Positions 1 to 14,979 are shown, numbered from the stretch's first letter. The stretch is DNA of 64,000 nucleotides from Octopus vulgaris (GCA_951406725.2 OX597820.1:52638001-52702000), one strand, 5' to 3'. A program made the numbers and translations. The notes: generated from the sequence alone by a model not told the origin.

Positions 1-305
1 CTCCTTGCGCTGCCAAGTAATGCTGTTTTCTGAGTATGCTCTGTCTTTATTTTTTCCTTGTCATTTCCAGCCACTTATTATTTATTTTTTGCTTTCTGTA
101 CCTCGAGCACTTTTTTACATTGACCACAGCTTTTTGATTTCTATCATCAGAGCTTTATATCATGTCAGATGTTTATTTTCCCACCTCTTTTTTCATGATT
201 CCAATTCACTTCTTTTTAGGTTTTGTTCTTATCCGAGCTCATTTCTCTTAGATCACTCACTGCTCCTTAAAAACTGGTAACTATTATGCACATTACATGT
301 ATAGT

Positions 306-592
306 GAAGGCACATGGCCTAGTGGTTAGAGCAGTGGACTCGCGGTCGAGGGATCACGAGTTCGAATATCAGACTGGGCGATGTGTTTATCCACGCGGCT
401 CCGGCAGAAGGTAATGGCGAACTTCTGCTGACTCTTTCGCCACAACTGTCTCTCACTCTTTCCTCCTGCATCTTGCAGCTCACCTGCGACGGACCGGCGT
501 CCCGTCCAGGTCGGGAATCTATACGCCAAGGAAACCGGGAAACCAGCCCTTATGAGCCAGGCGTGGCTCGAGAAGAAGCTAAAACAAAACAA
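306..592 (+). mobile_element. tRNA-derived SINE (family A)
   Basis: A box TGGCCTAGTGG, B box GTTCGAATATC and an A-rich tail. It is similar to copies at 44035-44360, 45826-46212 (-) and 20135-20270 (-). Confidence 0.85.
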
Positions 593-1181
593 ACATTACA
601 TGTATGCACCAGCCAAAAATAATTCATTTTATGTCCATTTTCTCTCAGATAATCTTATTATTTAAACACACACAGTACTCGCGCGCGCACACGCACACAT
701 GTTGTTCATTAACAACATGAGGAAGAAATGTAAGTACCAACAACAAAGATTTGTTTAGTAAAAGTTTAATAGTACCAAATATAGTACAATGTTTAGGTAC
801 CGCAGATTTATTTGCCACGGAGTAAATCCGGAGTAAAGAACCAACTAGTAATAGTTGGATTATTAAACAAACAAAAAAATTCATTAAAAAAAAAAAGGAT
901 ATTAAAAACATTATTAACAACAAATAATATTACTGATATATTGCTTGGTGGTTTTTCGTGTTGTCGAAAATTTATGACGAAATGTTACCGACAGGGTAGG
1001 TTAAAATGCCTTGCTGTATACAGTTTTGCAATTCTAACGTTGTGAGGGTTAACCCTCTAACGTAGACTTTACATCTCATCATTGTGGGATCCACAAAATA
1101 AATACCAATCGAGTACAATGTTGCTTTAACTGAATGTTCTCCCACTCCAAAATTTATAGCCCTGTTCCTACGTTAGAAACA

Positions 1182-1244
<63 letters not shown>

Positions 1245-1462
1245 GTTGTCATTGTTGATATTGCGATGGACTGGCAAAATAGAGTGTCGGATAAAGTATT
1301 CAGCGAGATATAACTGCGATATTTCTGCTCTGACCACAAATCCGTACGAGGCCAATTTTTTCCTTTTCCTTTCAACGTCCAAGTATTGATATGATATAAT
1401 ACTAGTGAACCACTAGATTAGATTTAACGGGTTGTATCATCTTCCCCAAAGTTTCTGAGCTG

Positions 1463-1509
<47 letters not shown>

Positions 1510-1973
1510 CAATATCATTACTGTTTTTCCCAGTTGTTGAATTTAATGTATTTACTAAGCTATATGTGTGTATGTGCGCATGTGTGCGAATATTTTTTGG
1601 TAAGTAAGTAGGTTGGTAAATAGGTGGATCAGTAAGAAGTGTTATGTAAGTAGGTAGGAATGTTGGTAAGCAAAGATGCAGGTAGGAAGATACTTTCTCT
1701 AGTGAAGTTTCAAAGCCATGACTAGATAAAGAAAATGGCTGTCCACCAGCGTGGGCATACCGAGCTTAAAGATCCCAAACAAGTATCGCAAAGCATGACG
1801 GTTAAAGATCTAAAAGATATTCGAATTCGTCTCGTTAATCTGTTACTTTAAAAAGTTACGAGGAATGAAAGACAATGATGACCTGCTCGAGATTTGATCT
1901 CAGAATACAAAGCACCGAAACTTGCATCGCAATGCTTTTTTGCCTGACACTCAAGCAATTGTACCAGTCCAAT

Positions 1974-2018
<45 letters not shown>

Positions 2019-3140
2019 TGTATTATGTATGTATGCATATGTATAATATATATATATATATATATATCATATATCATATATCATATATGTGTGTGTGTGT
2101 TTATTTTACATGTATACATGTGGTCCGAGATGGATATTGTGCGGTGTAATTTGAAAGTGATTTGTATGCTTTCTCTAATATGTCGAGCGACTATTTTGAT
2201 TTTGGCTTGAGTAGTAGTCGTACTACTACTACTACTACTACTAGTAGTGGTAGTAGTTGTAGTAGTAGTATGTTGATATTACTGCTGTTGTTTTTTGTCG
2301 ATCCGTTGCCATTAAAAATTCGGTGTTCAATATGCCGTATATGCTTTATCTAAATATTACATATTTTATTTCATTTTTTTAAACCTCCCATATTCTTACT
2401 TCAACCTTCTACTATAATGTTATCCTCTCAAAAATGTTACAGTACATTTCACGCACCATTGAATTAAATTAAAATGTTATGCGAATAAGCTTTCATGTTT
2501 ATATTTTTGTTCTTGTATGGTTATCCAATATGGATAAAATTTAGGGAACGTATAGAAATATATAGTGGACACACACATACGGTAAACACTCTGTATTGTC
2601 ATTTTGGATCTGTATGGAAGTTGGACGGTTATACATAAACGTGAATGCATAATAATATTTATGTGTAATTTTCAATGTCATAAATGTATTGGTTGGTGTA
2701 TGTGCGTACGTGTTTCAATATGAACGACCGTGTATAAAGATTTAAGTACGCAGATTTATGTATATACAGGGTTCTTATGAATAGATATGTATACATGCAC
2801 CTTCCACCCCACCTTTCTTGTTTTTTTGCAAGTAATATTTTGCAATGAATATGTTGGAGTGTATGATGTAATGCATAATTTGGTAGCTATATACATATGC
2901 ATGTATGAGTGTAAGTATTCATGCACACATGCATATACATACACGACCACTCCAACAACAAGCATGTACACATATATATACGTGTGCACGTATGCATGAA
3001 AAATATATGTGCATCTGCATATGCAACTTCGTATATTACATATACTAATATAAATATATTTTCATACAAATGTTAATATATATATATATGTAATATATGT
3101 GTGAGCATTTATATAATATACATGCGTCTGTATTTATATA

Positions 3141-3174
<34 letters not shown>

Positions 3175-3190
3175 ATTATATATATATATT

Positions 3191-3221
<31 letters not shown>

Positions 3222-3600
3222 GAAATATACGTATGTATGTGCATGTGTTTATGTCTATGGGCGTATATTTGTGTGTAAATGCAAACTTCCTTCTGTTAGT
3301 GCCAAAAAGTATGCGTTTCTTAATATCTATTTATATATTTATATTTATGCACAACACTTAATAATCCACTTTGTGCATGCATGAGTTCGGAACAAAATAC
3401 ATCATGTTTATTTTCATATATGCATATGCATGCAATAATGCCTCATATACATATCTCCGCACACACACACACACCTTAGCATGCATGTGTTCTTACATCC
3501 AGCCATCCATGTCATGTACAAATATATGTATATGTGTGTATATGTACATACATATATATGTATGTGTATGAGTATATATATATATATATGTATGTGTGTG

Positions 3601-3658
<58 letters not shown>

Positions 3659-3955
3659 CATACATACATACGATGAAACAAATATTTATATACACATACG
3701 TATGCATGTTCGCCTTTTTGTACGTATATATTGATGTATGCGTATACAAAAATCATCGTTCTTTAAAATAGGAACCCTTCATGTTCAACAAAATAATATT
3801 CCTTATATTAATCTGAAAAATCAATAAGAAGCAGTACAACTTCATTTGTACATCCAGTTGAGGTTTACGTACGAGTAACTGAAAAAAAAGTTGTAGTTTC
3901 TTTTTTTTTTCTTCTTTTCTTTTGTACTTTTGTTCTGCTTTCCTTCATAAATTCA

Positions 3956-3961
3956 TTTATT
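3956..3961 (-). other. Possible polyadenylation signal AATAAA about 65 nt after the HS3ST stop
   Basis: Plus-strand tttatt; this hexamer is common by chance in AT-rich DNA. Confidence 0.25.
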
Positions 3962-4025
3962 CCTCTTAAACAAACGAACAACGATTAGAAAATCATACTC
4001 AACCCAGCAAAGCAATGTACCTGTA

Positions 4026-4644
4026 TCAAGGCCATTCAAAATTCCGTTTGGCCATGCTATAAAACTTTGTATTAAATGGTCGATAAAAGTCTCTTAACCT
4101 TTGTATTACACGTGGATCTATTACTGGGTGTTGTCGTCCTTTCGTTTTACCTAAGCAGTGCGGATGGCCGCTGCCTTCTACTTTTTTCAGACAAGGAAAC
4201 CCCTTTGTTTCATTAAAGAAAAAATGTTTTTCGTTTATGACCCTTTTAAGTCCGAGAAAATCTTGTAATAACGTCATTTCTCCTGCAGGATCTGATATTA
4301 GTTTCTCTCCGCTTACAAAATGCATTTGTTCAAGTGGAAAATATTTCAACCATGACTGAAGATGTTTAGCGTAGACACCAATACGAATTGCTCCCCAAGA
4401 CGTGTCCACAATTCGAGTGCTGTTATTCACAAATGCCATTTGTTCGAATTGTCTTATAGTGTGTCGTTTGGTCATAGTCTGTGTATAATCAGAAATTGCA
4501 CGGGTGACCGGGTCGCGAACAACGACGATTAACTTAACATCTTTTGACATGCTGTGGATTCGACGAGGAACATCTCGCGTAATAAAATAACTTGGTGTTT
4601 TCTCCATGGTTATCTGCCCCTTAATTGTCACCGGCATTTGGTTC
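4026..4644 (-). CDS. HS3ST: Terminal coding exon of a heparan sulfate glucosamine 3-O-sulfotransferase (HS3ST2/3/4/6-like, Drosophila Hs3st-B-like); C-terminal part of the sulfotransferase domain
   Basis: The translation contains [11 protein letters not shown], the 3'-PAP-binding motif [19 protein letters not shown] and [11 protein letters not shown], and ends FEWP-TGA (4028-4026). A splice acceptor tttctttcgacAG lies just before 4644, giving a phase-2 intron (R|NQMP). The 5'-PSB motif (KxGT) exon is absent from this ORF. Confidence 0.95.
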
Positions 4645-4914
4645 CTGTCGAAAGAAAATGAATGAAATGTATTATTAATAAATATTCAATATCAGAAGCA
4701 TCGATAATACATTACAAAATAAACTAGCAGATAAATATATAACAATAGCAGTAGGACATTGGAATATAACAAGAAATTGTGAGTGAGGTTACAATAGACT
4801 GGAAATTGCATCAACACGTGACCAGTATATAACACGTTACATTATAATAAACTCGATAAGATTTAATTTCTGAACATATATGAGCAGCTTACGGTTAAGT
4901 AGAACAAGAAATAA

Positions 4915-5123
4915 TAATGGTTTCATATTTTGGCACCAGGTCAGTAATCTGGGTGAGGGGACTACTCGATTGCACCTATCCCAGTGCATAAATGGCGCTT
5001 ATTTTATCGAACCTGAAAGAATAAAAGGCAAAGTCGACCTCCGCGGAATTTGAACTCAGAACGTAGAGATGAATGAAATGCCGCTAAGCATTTTGTCTGG
5101 CGTGCTAACAGTCCCACTAGCTC

Positions 5124-5168
<45 letters not shown>

Positions 5169-5378
5169 CCTTTCAACTATAGGCACAAGGCCTGACATTT
5201 TGGGGGAGGGGACCAGTCGATTAGATCGACCTCAGTATGCAACTGGTACTTAATTTATCGACACCGAAAGCATGAAAGGCAAAGTTGACTTCGGTTGAAT
5301 TTTAACTCAGAACGTAGCGTCAGGGCGAAATACGGCCAAGCATTTCGCTCGGCGTGCAAACGATTCTACTAGCTTGCT
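4915..5378 (-). mobile_element. Two tandem copies of SINE family B (core ttcatcctttcggggtcgataaattaagtaccag), separated by an (AAT)n tail
   Basis: Both copies carry ggcaaagtcgacctc..cggaatttgaactcagaacgta, which recurs at 12140, 48540, 57605 and (+) at 53520 and 58775. Confidence 0.8.
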
Positions 5379-5469
5379 AATGATAACAATAATGATGATG
5401 ATAATGTTTTCAACATTATTGAAAAGCGGTGTTATTTGATATCGACCTCAGTACTAGCCTGGTATTTTA

Positions 5470-6339
5470 CAGGGTATTCGGACTAAATTTGATGATTTTT
5501 ATGTCTCTTTTTATAGTAACAGCTTCCAGTATTGGTGAACAGTGTTGGAGAGCATAAAGATTAAAGTTATGGTTTACTAAAATATTAGCTGACATAGAAA
5601 ACTGGAATCCATGAGAATATTATAAAAGAGTTAACTATGTCATTATGATTCACCCGGTTATCAAAACGCTAACATCATGATTTCTGCTTAAAATCTCTGT
5701 AAAATTCTAAAGGTTGTAACATGTAACATGGGCATCATGAAAACTAAGTTCTTCCAAACTGCGATAGTCTATGGCTGGATCTTCAGTAAGGGTGACAGTA
5801 TGCCGTCCTATATGTTTGAACGGGGCTTTATGCTGAATTCAAAATCGGTTATGTGAAGTTGCTTGACATTGTGATCAAACCCTGACTGTAGGTAGTCGCT
5901 GCTGGAAAGCCATGTATGTGTGTGCTGCTTGTCATACCTCCGTAAAAAAGGCACAAGTGTTTATCGGAGAATTTCTACTACCTCACCAGCCCTAAATTCT
6001 GGCCTCTTAATTATCCCAATTGTAATCCAAAGGATCGCTATGTGTAAGACGCAATTGAAAAAGCCCGATCTGCTTGCAACACAAAAGCCAAGCTGTCGGC
6101 TAGGATCAATGAGATGTTCAATGATCTTCCCAGACACACAGTTAGAATTGCATGCACTAAGTTCCGGAGCTGTCTTGAGGACATGGTGGAAACTGAGGCC
6201 GGCTACTCTGAGTAAATCGTTATTTCTCATCCATAATCTACTTGATATAGTTTGACTTTTTAAAATACATTTATTTTTAGATAGAATATTGCGTTTTATT
6301 TTCCTTTTATGCACTGTCAAATTTAGGCCGTACAGCCTG
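5470..6339 (+). mobile_element. Degenerate Tc1/mariner DNA transposon with TIRs
   Basis: The left end ta|CAGGGTATTCGGACTAAATTTGA pairs with the right end TCAAATTTAGGCCGTACAGCCTG. A remnant FWPLNYPNCNP near 5997-6030 resembles the transposase WPPNSPDxNP motif. Confidence 0.75.
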
Positions 6340-6837
6340 TGTTTTATCGATAATGAAGAGTTCGAATGTCAAATTTCAGATCGGGAGGATTGGAATCTGG
6401 AACATAAAGAACCAGAACGATTACTGCTTGGTAGTTTTCACACGTATTTACCATATTGTCAATCCAATAACAACAACAATTATAATGTTCTAAGACATGA
6501 GTGATGACCGTTGAGCAAAATGTCATCCTCTCATCAACATAAGAATTGTGATTCCGTAGCATAAACATGTACCAAACCTAGTATGTGTACGACAATAGAT
6601 ATATCATGACAGGATATATCTGTATATGACATGAGATGCATCAGTTCAAACCGATAAAGTGATCAAACGGAACAACACATATGTCATATCAAAGCCAGGA
6701 AATGAAAATATCTGTATAATCTGGTAGACATCTTGATCTCTTCTAAACAAGTCACTGATAGGGAAAAAAAAATTGAAAAGCGAGTAAAAGAACAGTAACA
6801 TTGAAATGGAAATAACATAGCATGTGAAAGTAAAAGA

Positions 6838-6883
<46 letters not shown>

Positions 6884-6940
6884 TTGTTATCATTAGTATT
6901 ATTAACAACAGCGATATACATATATGTATGTGCCTATAAG

Positions 6941-6974
<34 letters not shown>

Positions 6975-7209
6975 TGTATTTATGTATCTATGTATGTACG
7001 TAAGTTTGTATGTATGTGTGTATGTATGTGTGTGTATGTGTGTGTGCAAGCGTCCGTGTGTCGAATGGTGTAAATGCAAATAATGTTAAAAGAGAGGAAG
7101 TGAATATATTTCTGAACAAGAAAGGTGACAGGAAGATTGTCGGATATTATCAAACCTAGTCAACGAGGTGATTTTATTGGAGTTATTGCCCTTGTTTTAT
7201 TACTATTAC

Positions 7210-7249
<40 letters not shown>

Positions 7250-8354
7250 GGCTTTATTTTTATTTCATTTATATATTTGATTTTAAACAAACCTAGAGAA
7301 AGTTTTCGCCAAACAATTTTGTCAAACAGCGATAATCTCACCTAATAGAATTTTTCAACACGATATATACGTACGTATATCGCTGGAGTAAGCTTTGATG
7401 TTTGTCCGTTTGTCATATTCTAATGTCATGACAATATGACAGGCATACACGAACAATGTGATGTTGGTGATGGAAGAATTCTAGATCTACCATTCGCTTG
7501 GATTCCACCTCACCCAGCAACCATGCATGAGAGGAAAATGGTTGAGTTGGGTTGGGTTGGGGGAACGGTGATTCAAAGAATGAAAAAAGCCAGGAGAATA
7601 GTATTGTAATAGCTGTTCGTCACAAGAGTATACAAGGTGGTAGGAGTGCCGCAAAAACGGAAGGAATTGTGATGATAATAATGGAGATGATGTTCATGAT
7701 GGTGGTGATGAAAAGTTCGAGAATGATATTCATAAAGAGCATGATGATAATAATGAGTAGGAGGATGGTGGTGATGATGATGATGGTGTAGAGGAAGAGA
7801 GCGATGAGAAGGATTGTTGGATTGTTGCGTAGCACACACCCATGCCATTTGTCACATCCGAGATTAAACAGCCATAATGATGAATTGCATTCTGGCCATG
7901 ACCAACACGACATTTTTACTACACTGCAGTGACAAATACAGTTCTTGGATTATATTATCAAATAAGTCTTTTATTTCTCAAGAATTTAAGATTTGATTCT
8001 AATCAGAAAGGTAGCTGCTGTTTCTAAGAAGACGTGTAATTTCCATCTCCACAGCAATTTTGTACAACCTACATACTATATTCATACACACACATCCACA
8101 TACATGCTTTTTTGTATATATACACACACGTTCTCTAACACACAAACGAGCATACACACACACATACGTGTGCGCACGCATACATACACACATGCTGGAG
8201 CATTTGACGGAGGCGAGGAAGTAGAACTTCGATGTTACAGTCAATCTTTTTCCTTGTAAAAGATTAATAAATATGTGTTCTGCTAAAAATGAATAATCAT
8301 TTAATTCAATAGAATATTGCTTTTTATATGTAACTGCGTAAACAAATATTAATC

Positions 8355-8401
<47 letters not shown>

Positions 8402-8954
8402 CCCTATATATATATATCCGTCCCTTTTTTTTGTATCGTCTATCTGGATGTTTTGTTGTCCCTTTTTGTCCCTAGTTGTCCGGATGTTTTGCGTTCTTGT
8501 CCCATTTTGTATTATATATATATATATCTGTCTGTCTGTCTGTCTGTCTGTCAGTCAATTTATTTGTCTATCTGTCTGTCTGTGTGTAAGTTTGTGAGTT
8601 TGTATGTGTGTGCGTGTGTGTATTTGAGTACAAAGACACACGCACATATTGATGAGTTGTAAGTGTGTCCACGGCTTTGTGTATTTTTCCTGTTTTTTTT
8701 TGTGTGTGTGTGTATGTGTGTTCCGTCGTCGTACTCCACTGCCACATTACCATAAATATTTATATATGGAAGCAGATGAAGTTCCCTGAAACCGTCGCAT
8801 CAACATTACTTAAAGCCACACATGGAGCTGGTCTTAGAACATCCATGCAGACAAATCAGTTAGAACTCGCCACTTCCTAGAAAGATCGCTCTGAGACCTT
8901 GAATGAAAGGAAGTAAATAAAATATGCTTTATTTTAAATAAAAATTAAATAAAT

Positions 8955-9285
8955 AGAGGTACATGCCACAGTAGTTAGAGCATCGCGCTCACAATCGTGT
9001 GGATGTGAGTTCGATTCCCATGATGTGTGTTGTGTTCTGGAGCAAGACATTTTATTTCACATTGCTCCAGTTCACTCAGCTGTAGAAATGAGTTGCGACA
9101 TCACTTGTGCCAAGCTGTATCAGTTTCTGCCTGTTCCTTGAACAACATCGGTGACGTGGACAGCGGTGACCGGTATGTATTCGCGACTGCTTGTCTTCCA
9201 CAAACAACCTTGCCCAGACTTGTGCCTGAGAGGGGAAATTTCTAGACGCAATCCCACGGTCATTCGTGACTGAGGGGGAGTCATT
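8955..9285 (+). mobile_element. tRNA-derived SINE (family A head, different body)
   Basis: B box GTTCGATTCCC followed by gagcaagacattttatttcacattgctccagttcactcagc. The body recurs inverted at 38248-38445. Confidence 0.7.
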
Positions 9286-9529
9286 ACTCTTTTACTTGCG
9301 GAGTTGTATAAAACAATGAGTTGCCAGTAAAGTGTGATCCCACTGAAGCATAACGGAGAGGATATGCAAGCCAGTCTCTTTGTAGAGGATACAATATGTT
9401 GGGCATTACATGGGCCAGTGGACAGAACGTCATTAAATCAGCAGAGATGAGGTGGTTGTAGATGTGGTGGATGTAGATAAGGAAATTTGAGAACTTGAAA
9501 GGAGTAATATTAACTGAATACAAACTGGA

Positions 9530-9903
9530 ACTGGCTGCGTGGCAAGTAGCTTGCTTACCATGTTCAGTCCCACTGCATGGCAACTTGGGCAAGTGTCTTC
9601 TAATATAGCCTCGGGCCGACCAGAGCCTTGTGATTGGATTTGGTAGACAGAAACTGAAAGAATCCCGTCGTATATATCTATATTTATATAAGTGTGTGTA
9701 TGTTTGTGTGTCAATGTTTGTCCCCCAACATCGCTTGACAACCGATGTTGGTGTGTTTACGTCCCAGTAAATTAGCAGTTCGGCATAAGAGACCGATAGA
9801 ATAAGTATTAGGCTTACAAAGAATAAGTCTTGGGATCGATTTGCTCGACTAAAAGCGTTGCTCGAGCATGGCCACAGTCAAATGACTGAAACAAGTAAAA
9901 GAG
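9530..9903 (+). mobile_element. SINE family C with an internal TA/TG microsatellite
   Basis: gttcagtcccactgc...cttgggcaagtgtcttc...gcatggcc.cagtcaaatgactgaaacaag; many copies in the window. Confidence 0.85.
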
Positions 9904-11152
9904 TATCACTGGGTCGCCTGGATGAGAATGTCTAATTACTGAAAGACTTGAAATACCCAATCGCTCCAGGAAACATCACTTATGATATATTCTATGCGAG
10001 AGCTAATCTAGTAACACATGGTCTTGAAAGAAAGTAATGCCTTTTAGAGCAATATACACTGCATGTTCGCATACACAAACACACACACACACACAAACAA
10101 ACACACACATAGACGCAGGCACGGACACATATACACATCTCGAAGATGGAAAATAATACATCTCTAAGATAGAAATTGCTGGTTTTAATAGCAAATCAGA
10201 TTTGCTTATGCACAGGACACCAACTTACAGTTGTAAACTTCATTAGATTCTAAGGAAATGATTGGGGGAGAGTAATAAACAAGGTATATCTGAGGAAACT
10301 CATAGATATCCGACAGTACCTGATCGCATTGCTCCCGAGGAAGCAACTATACACGGCTGTTGCTGAACAATATTTGATTATAGAGTAATTCTAACCATTA
10401 ATCTGATATAATGATATATTCATGTGAACTCAGCAACTGAAAGCTGCTGTCCGTTGCAGAAACAAATGTGATTCGCTATTAAAGCCTGCTAATTTCCTTC
10501 TTCGTGTTATACTATTTGTATATCCATACAATATTCTTGCACTGTATAATTCTTATATCCCATACAATAGTGGAGTTCCACATATTTATCCAACCTTGGG
10601 CAGTATCCTGCAGTAGAAAGGCATGTGATGTACAGGAGCTTTCAAATGCACATTATGAAGCTATCCAGATTATACTAAAATGTATGTGTGTGCATGTTAA
10701 TGTGTGTGAAGATACACACACACACACATACACACACACACACATACAGAGTTAGACAGATAGATAGAAAAGACTAAGATAGAAGCATAAGGGTGACGAT
10801 GGTGGGGGGTGTCTCAGCAGCTGCTGCTAATGATAATGAGGAAGATGAATTAGAATACATTTTTAATTCTAATTCTTGTGAAATTATTTCCTTCCTCTAT
10901 TATTCTATTCTTTCATTCATTCCTACATTCCTTTATGATCCGTTCCTTTCTTTATTCGTCCAGCCATTTCTAACATTCTAGAAACTTTAATCCTTTGTTC
11001 GCATATTCATTCAAAGACTCATTGTCCTTGTTTCTTCTTTATGCCATTGAAGACCACGGTTGGTAAGTCAGAATTCATTCGCCTCTCCCACGCCATTACC
11101 AAACCTACGACTATCAATAACGACGACGGCAACAACAACAACAACAACAAAA

Positions 11153-11193
<41 letters not shown>

Positions 11194-11295
11194 GACTACT
11201 ACTACTACTAGTGCCACATTCTCTAATTTTATATTAACATCTTATTACAATCGTAACTACTGCCTTTCTCAACACAAAATCACACTTAATAAAAA

Positions 11296-11357
<62 letters not shown>

Positions 11358-11709
11358 GTGTGTATCTTTTATCGTTTGTCTCTTTCTTCTTTCAATCATT
11401 AGACTGTGGCCATACTGGAGCACCGCGTTGAAGAATTTTAGTCGAATTAATCGACCTCATACTTTTTTTTTGTTATTCTACGTGTCGCTTTTGCCGATGA
11501 TGTACAGACACCACCACCCATAATCAATCGGTGGCGGAGACAAACACGCACACATACATACACACACACGCACACGAATAAGTTGATACCTGGGGCAAAG
11601 CTTTGAATATAGAATGTGATGTCAGTGAAATTTTGTTAGAAGCTGTGTTTCTGGAATCGTTCCTCAAGAGTTTCGCGTTATTCAAACGAAGGAAAGCTAA
11701 GTATTCTCT

Positions 11710-11906
11710 CTTTTTCTTTTACTTGTTTCAGTCATTTGACTGCGGCCATGCTGCAGCACCGCCTCTAGTCGAGCAAATCGACCCCAGGACTTATTCTTTG
11801 TAAGCCTAGAAGTTATGCTATCGGTCTCTTTTTGCCGAACCGCTAAGTTACGGGGACGTAAGTACACCACCATCGGTTGTCAAGCGATGTTGGGGGTCAA
11901 ACACAG

Positions 11907-11939
<33 letters not shown>

Positions 11940-12132
11940 AATAAATATATATATATATACATACATACATACGATGGGCTTCTTTCAGCTTCCGTCTACC
12001 AAATCCACTCACAAGGCTTTAGTTGGCCCGAGGCTATATTAGAAGACACTTGCCCAAGGTGCCACGCAGTGGGACTGAATCCGGAACCATGTGGTTGGTA
12101 AGGAAGCTACTTATCACACAGCCGCTCCTACA
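11710..12132 (-). mobile_element. SINE family C, full length
   Basis: Close match to 42750-43262 and 25057-25350. Confidence 0.85.
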
Positions 12133-13899
12133 CCCAATGGACGAAAGGCAAATTCGACCTCAGCGGAATTTGAACTCAGAACGTAAGAACAGACGAAATA
12201 CCGTTAATAATTTCGCCCGGCGTGCTAACGTATCTGCCAGCTCACCGCCTTAGTCGTAAAGATACAGAAATGTGAATATTAATAAGGATTTGATAGATTG
12301 CAGAGCACATCAGACATTCGTCTTTTCAGTTAATAAATGCAGGACACTTGACATAATCAATTATGTCAACCTATTTAAGCAGTTTTACACATAGTAAGAC
12401 GCAAAAAAAGAATGTGCTGACAGTATTAAATTGGATAAATACCTAACTTTTATTTATTCATTTACTTTGTTACTATATCACTATTACCGTGTCTCAAATT
12501 CATATTTTTCGAAATTCAATATTCGGATATTTCTTAGCACATATCGCTTGAAGGTTTTGCAAACACACATCTTTTTTTGAAAATTATAAAATGCTCTAAA
12601 ACGATGTCATTAAACAATTTCGCCAAGGAGACAAGCTGGCATAATCATTAGCATTCAGGAGAAAATGGTTAACGGAATTTTTGTGATTTTACGTTTTCAG
12701 TTCGAAGTCAGCATTAATCTTCATCATTTTGGTTCCGATAAAATAAAGACCAGCTAAGCCCTAAGATGAATATAGTCGACTTGTCCCCTTCCTCTATAAT
12801 TTCAGGATTAAATATATATTAATACTTTTGTAGCCATTAATGTAAATATACCTATATTCTATAATAGACCAATCGTATTTTTACTAGCTAATTTTATCAT
12901 CCGATGAACACCAAATACGTTTTGCCACCAAATACATGTTCTTCTGAAAAATTCTTTCAAAGTAAAGTTGTTGCTTTTTTTTTTTTTTTTTTTTCACGGT
13001 TATTTTGTTAGAGAAAATCTAGCTATAAAAATTAAAACATTACAAGGAGAGTTGTCATTAAGTTGGTAGATAATGTGCGTGTTTGAATGACAAAGAGATG
13101 AAGAGTGTTCGTTGTGAAACACATTATACTGGATGTGGGATCGAGGAAATTTTGGGTACAATTGTAGGTCCTTTAATGCTATTTCTATTAAACTTCTCTA
13201 TATTCATAGTCTAGTTAATATTATTAAATTAGTTAATAAAATTAGTAAGCACATATCCAGTTTACATTTTGCAGAGGAAATCCTGTGACAATGTCGACAC
13301 ATTACAAGGCGGTGCCTTCGAAAAAGAACGTATAGAGAGAACAGCATTAATATTGAAGAATACAAAAATAGGAAACGAAATACTATATATTTCTTCATAG
13401 ATATTAAAAGTTCGTTCTTACGCTATCGGGATACACCTATACTTGCAAATAAGCATTTCCTGTAGACCACATGCACTAAGAGACTTGTTTCTTGGAAAAC
13501 CACGTGTTTTGTGTATAAGAAAAAGTGTCCTGGGCTCTTACATATTCCAAGGTATTTCCAGATGCAAGATACATATGAGCAACATGGACCGAAGGATACC
13601 ACACACACACACACACACATACATAAGTGTTGGTAGAGTTTCACTCATTTATGTTGCATAGGATGCAAGAGTAATTGAGAAAATATCAATATTAGTATAT
13701 TGTCCTCTTCAAAACAATTGAAAGGTTTTATTTCTTTCAGATACACCGTGGCAGATAAGATGTTAAAAGTAGAAATGAAAAAAAAAATGCACTCGTTGTA
13801 GCTTTACATACGGAACATGGCGATTAAGAAAATTGCCAAGAAAAATTATGAACATTGTTCGCTTTGGTCTTACCCAGATGATGAAGGAAAACATTTTTG

Positions 13900-14290
13900 G
13901 AGCAAGACCAAAAACCTAACAAGAATTGATGGATGGTTATGATCAGAACATTCTGATGTCTTCAGGGTGATCAACTGTGATAGGAATGGTGAGTAATGTT
14001 TCACAAACGAGCATCCCATGAATGAATGAATGTCAGACAAAGTTTATGATCATGTAATGCAAAACGTATGATTTGCAAAATTGTCAGATACAAATCCCAT
14101 AGCCAACTACGTTTGAAAAACTGTTGAAAGGAAGATTAATCGATATCCTCACAATATTATGGCTTCACTGAAGGCCACTATTGTCCAGGTGATATCCGAA
14201 ATGTATACGGACGATTTAGTAAAAGCATGTCAATAATTCCGGTTCTGCATGGAAGCAGCCACTGAAGGAATCTTATCGAGAACATGTGCA
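13900..14290 (+). mobile_element. Tc1/mariner transposase C-terminal relic
   Basis: Frame-broken remnants PDTNPIANYV, VERKINRYPHN and SLKATIVQV...KAC resemble the 5470-6339 element type. Confidence 0.5.
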
Positions 14291-14454
14291 CAAATTTATG
14301 TTAAATTATATTTGGTTTTTGTCAGTATTGATTTATTAAATTAGTTTCCCCAAAGTCGCTCCCTGTCCCTATATGCATACTTACATTTATATCTGTCACA
14401 TATACACACACAGTCACACACACATATACATGTGTGTGTATGCCTAAATACACA

Positions 14455-14979
14455 TACACTACCCCACCTGTCTGTGTTCGTATTGTCTTTGCATAAGGAC
14501 CATCTGCACACCCGACTTCGCCGTGAACAAGAATTAATCTTCTCTCTTCGCTCCTTTGCCCCACTTGGGCTCAACTCCTTTCCTCTCCATTCGTCTTCTG
14601 ACACCTACTTCCTCGCTTCACTTCTACCCACCTTCTCTCTTCATTGATACCCTTCCACACACAACCTAACCCCACGCGCACAACCACACGTCAATGTCAC
14701 TAGCCCCTATCCACACACACATAATTACTCTTACACACATACAAGCGCACCTTCGTTTTGGGATCACGAATACTTTATTATCTCCCCTTCTTTCTACGTT
14801 TCCTGTCAAACAACTTTCCCCCAACCAGCTGCCATGCTTGATCGCTAAATCCACAAGTCTTTTTTATTCTCACTCTGTTTATTTTCTCTTATTCCCTTCT
14901 CACTTTGCCGAGCATCAAACTAATACACATGCTTGTTGTTCTTACACCTGTCTTCGTCTTTTGTTTTTCTATAAATTTC

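Noticed and set aside
4026-4637. ATG at 4637 as the HS3ST start codon
   Set aside because: It is an internal Met just after a splice acceptor; the protein would lack its membrane anchor and 5'-PSB motif.
5961-6320. Minus-strand 119-aa ORF as a possible upstream HS3ST exon
   Set aside because: It has no sulfotransferase motif and is antisense to a Tc1/mariner relic.
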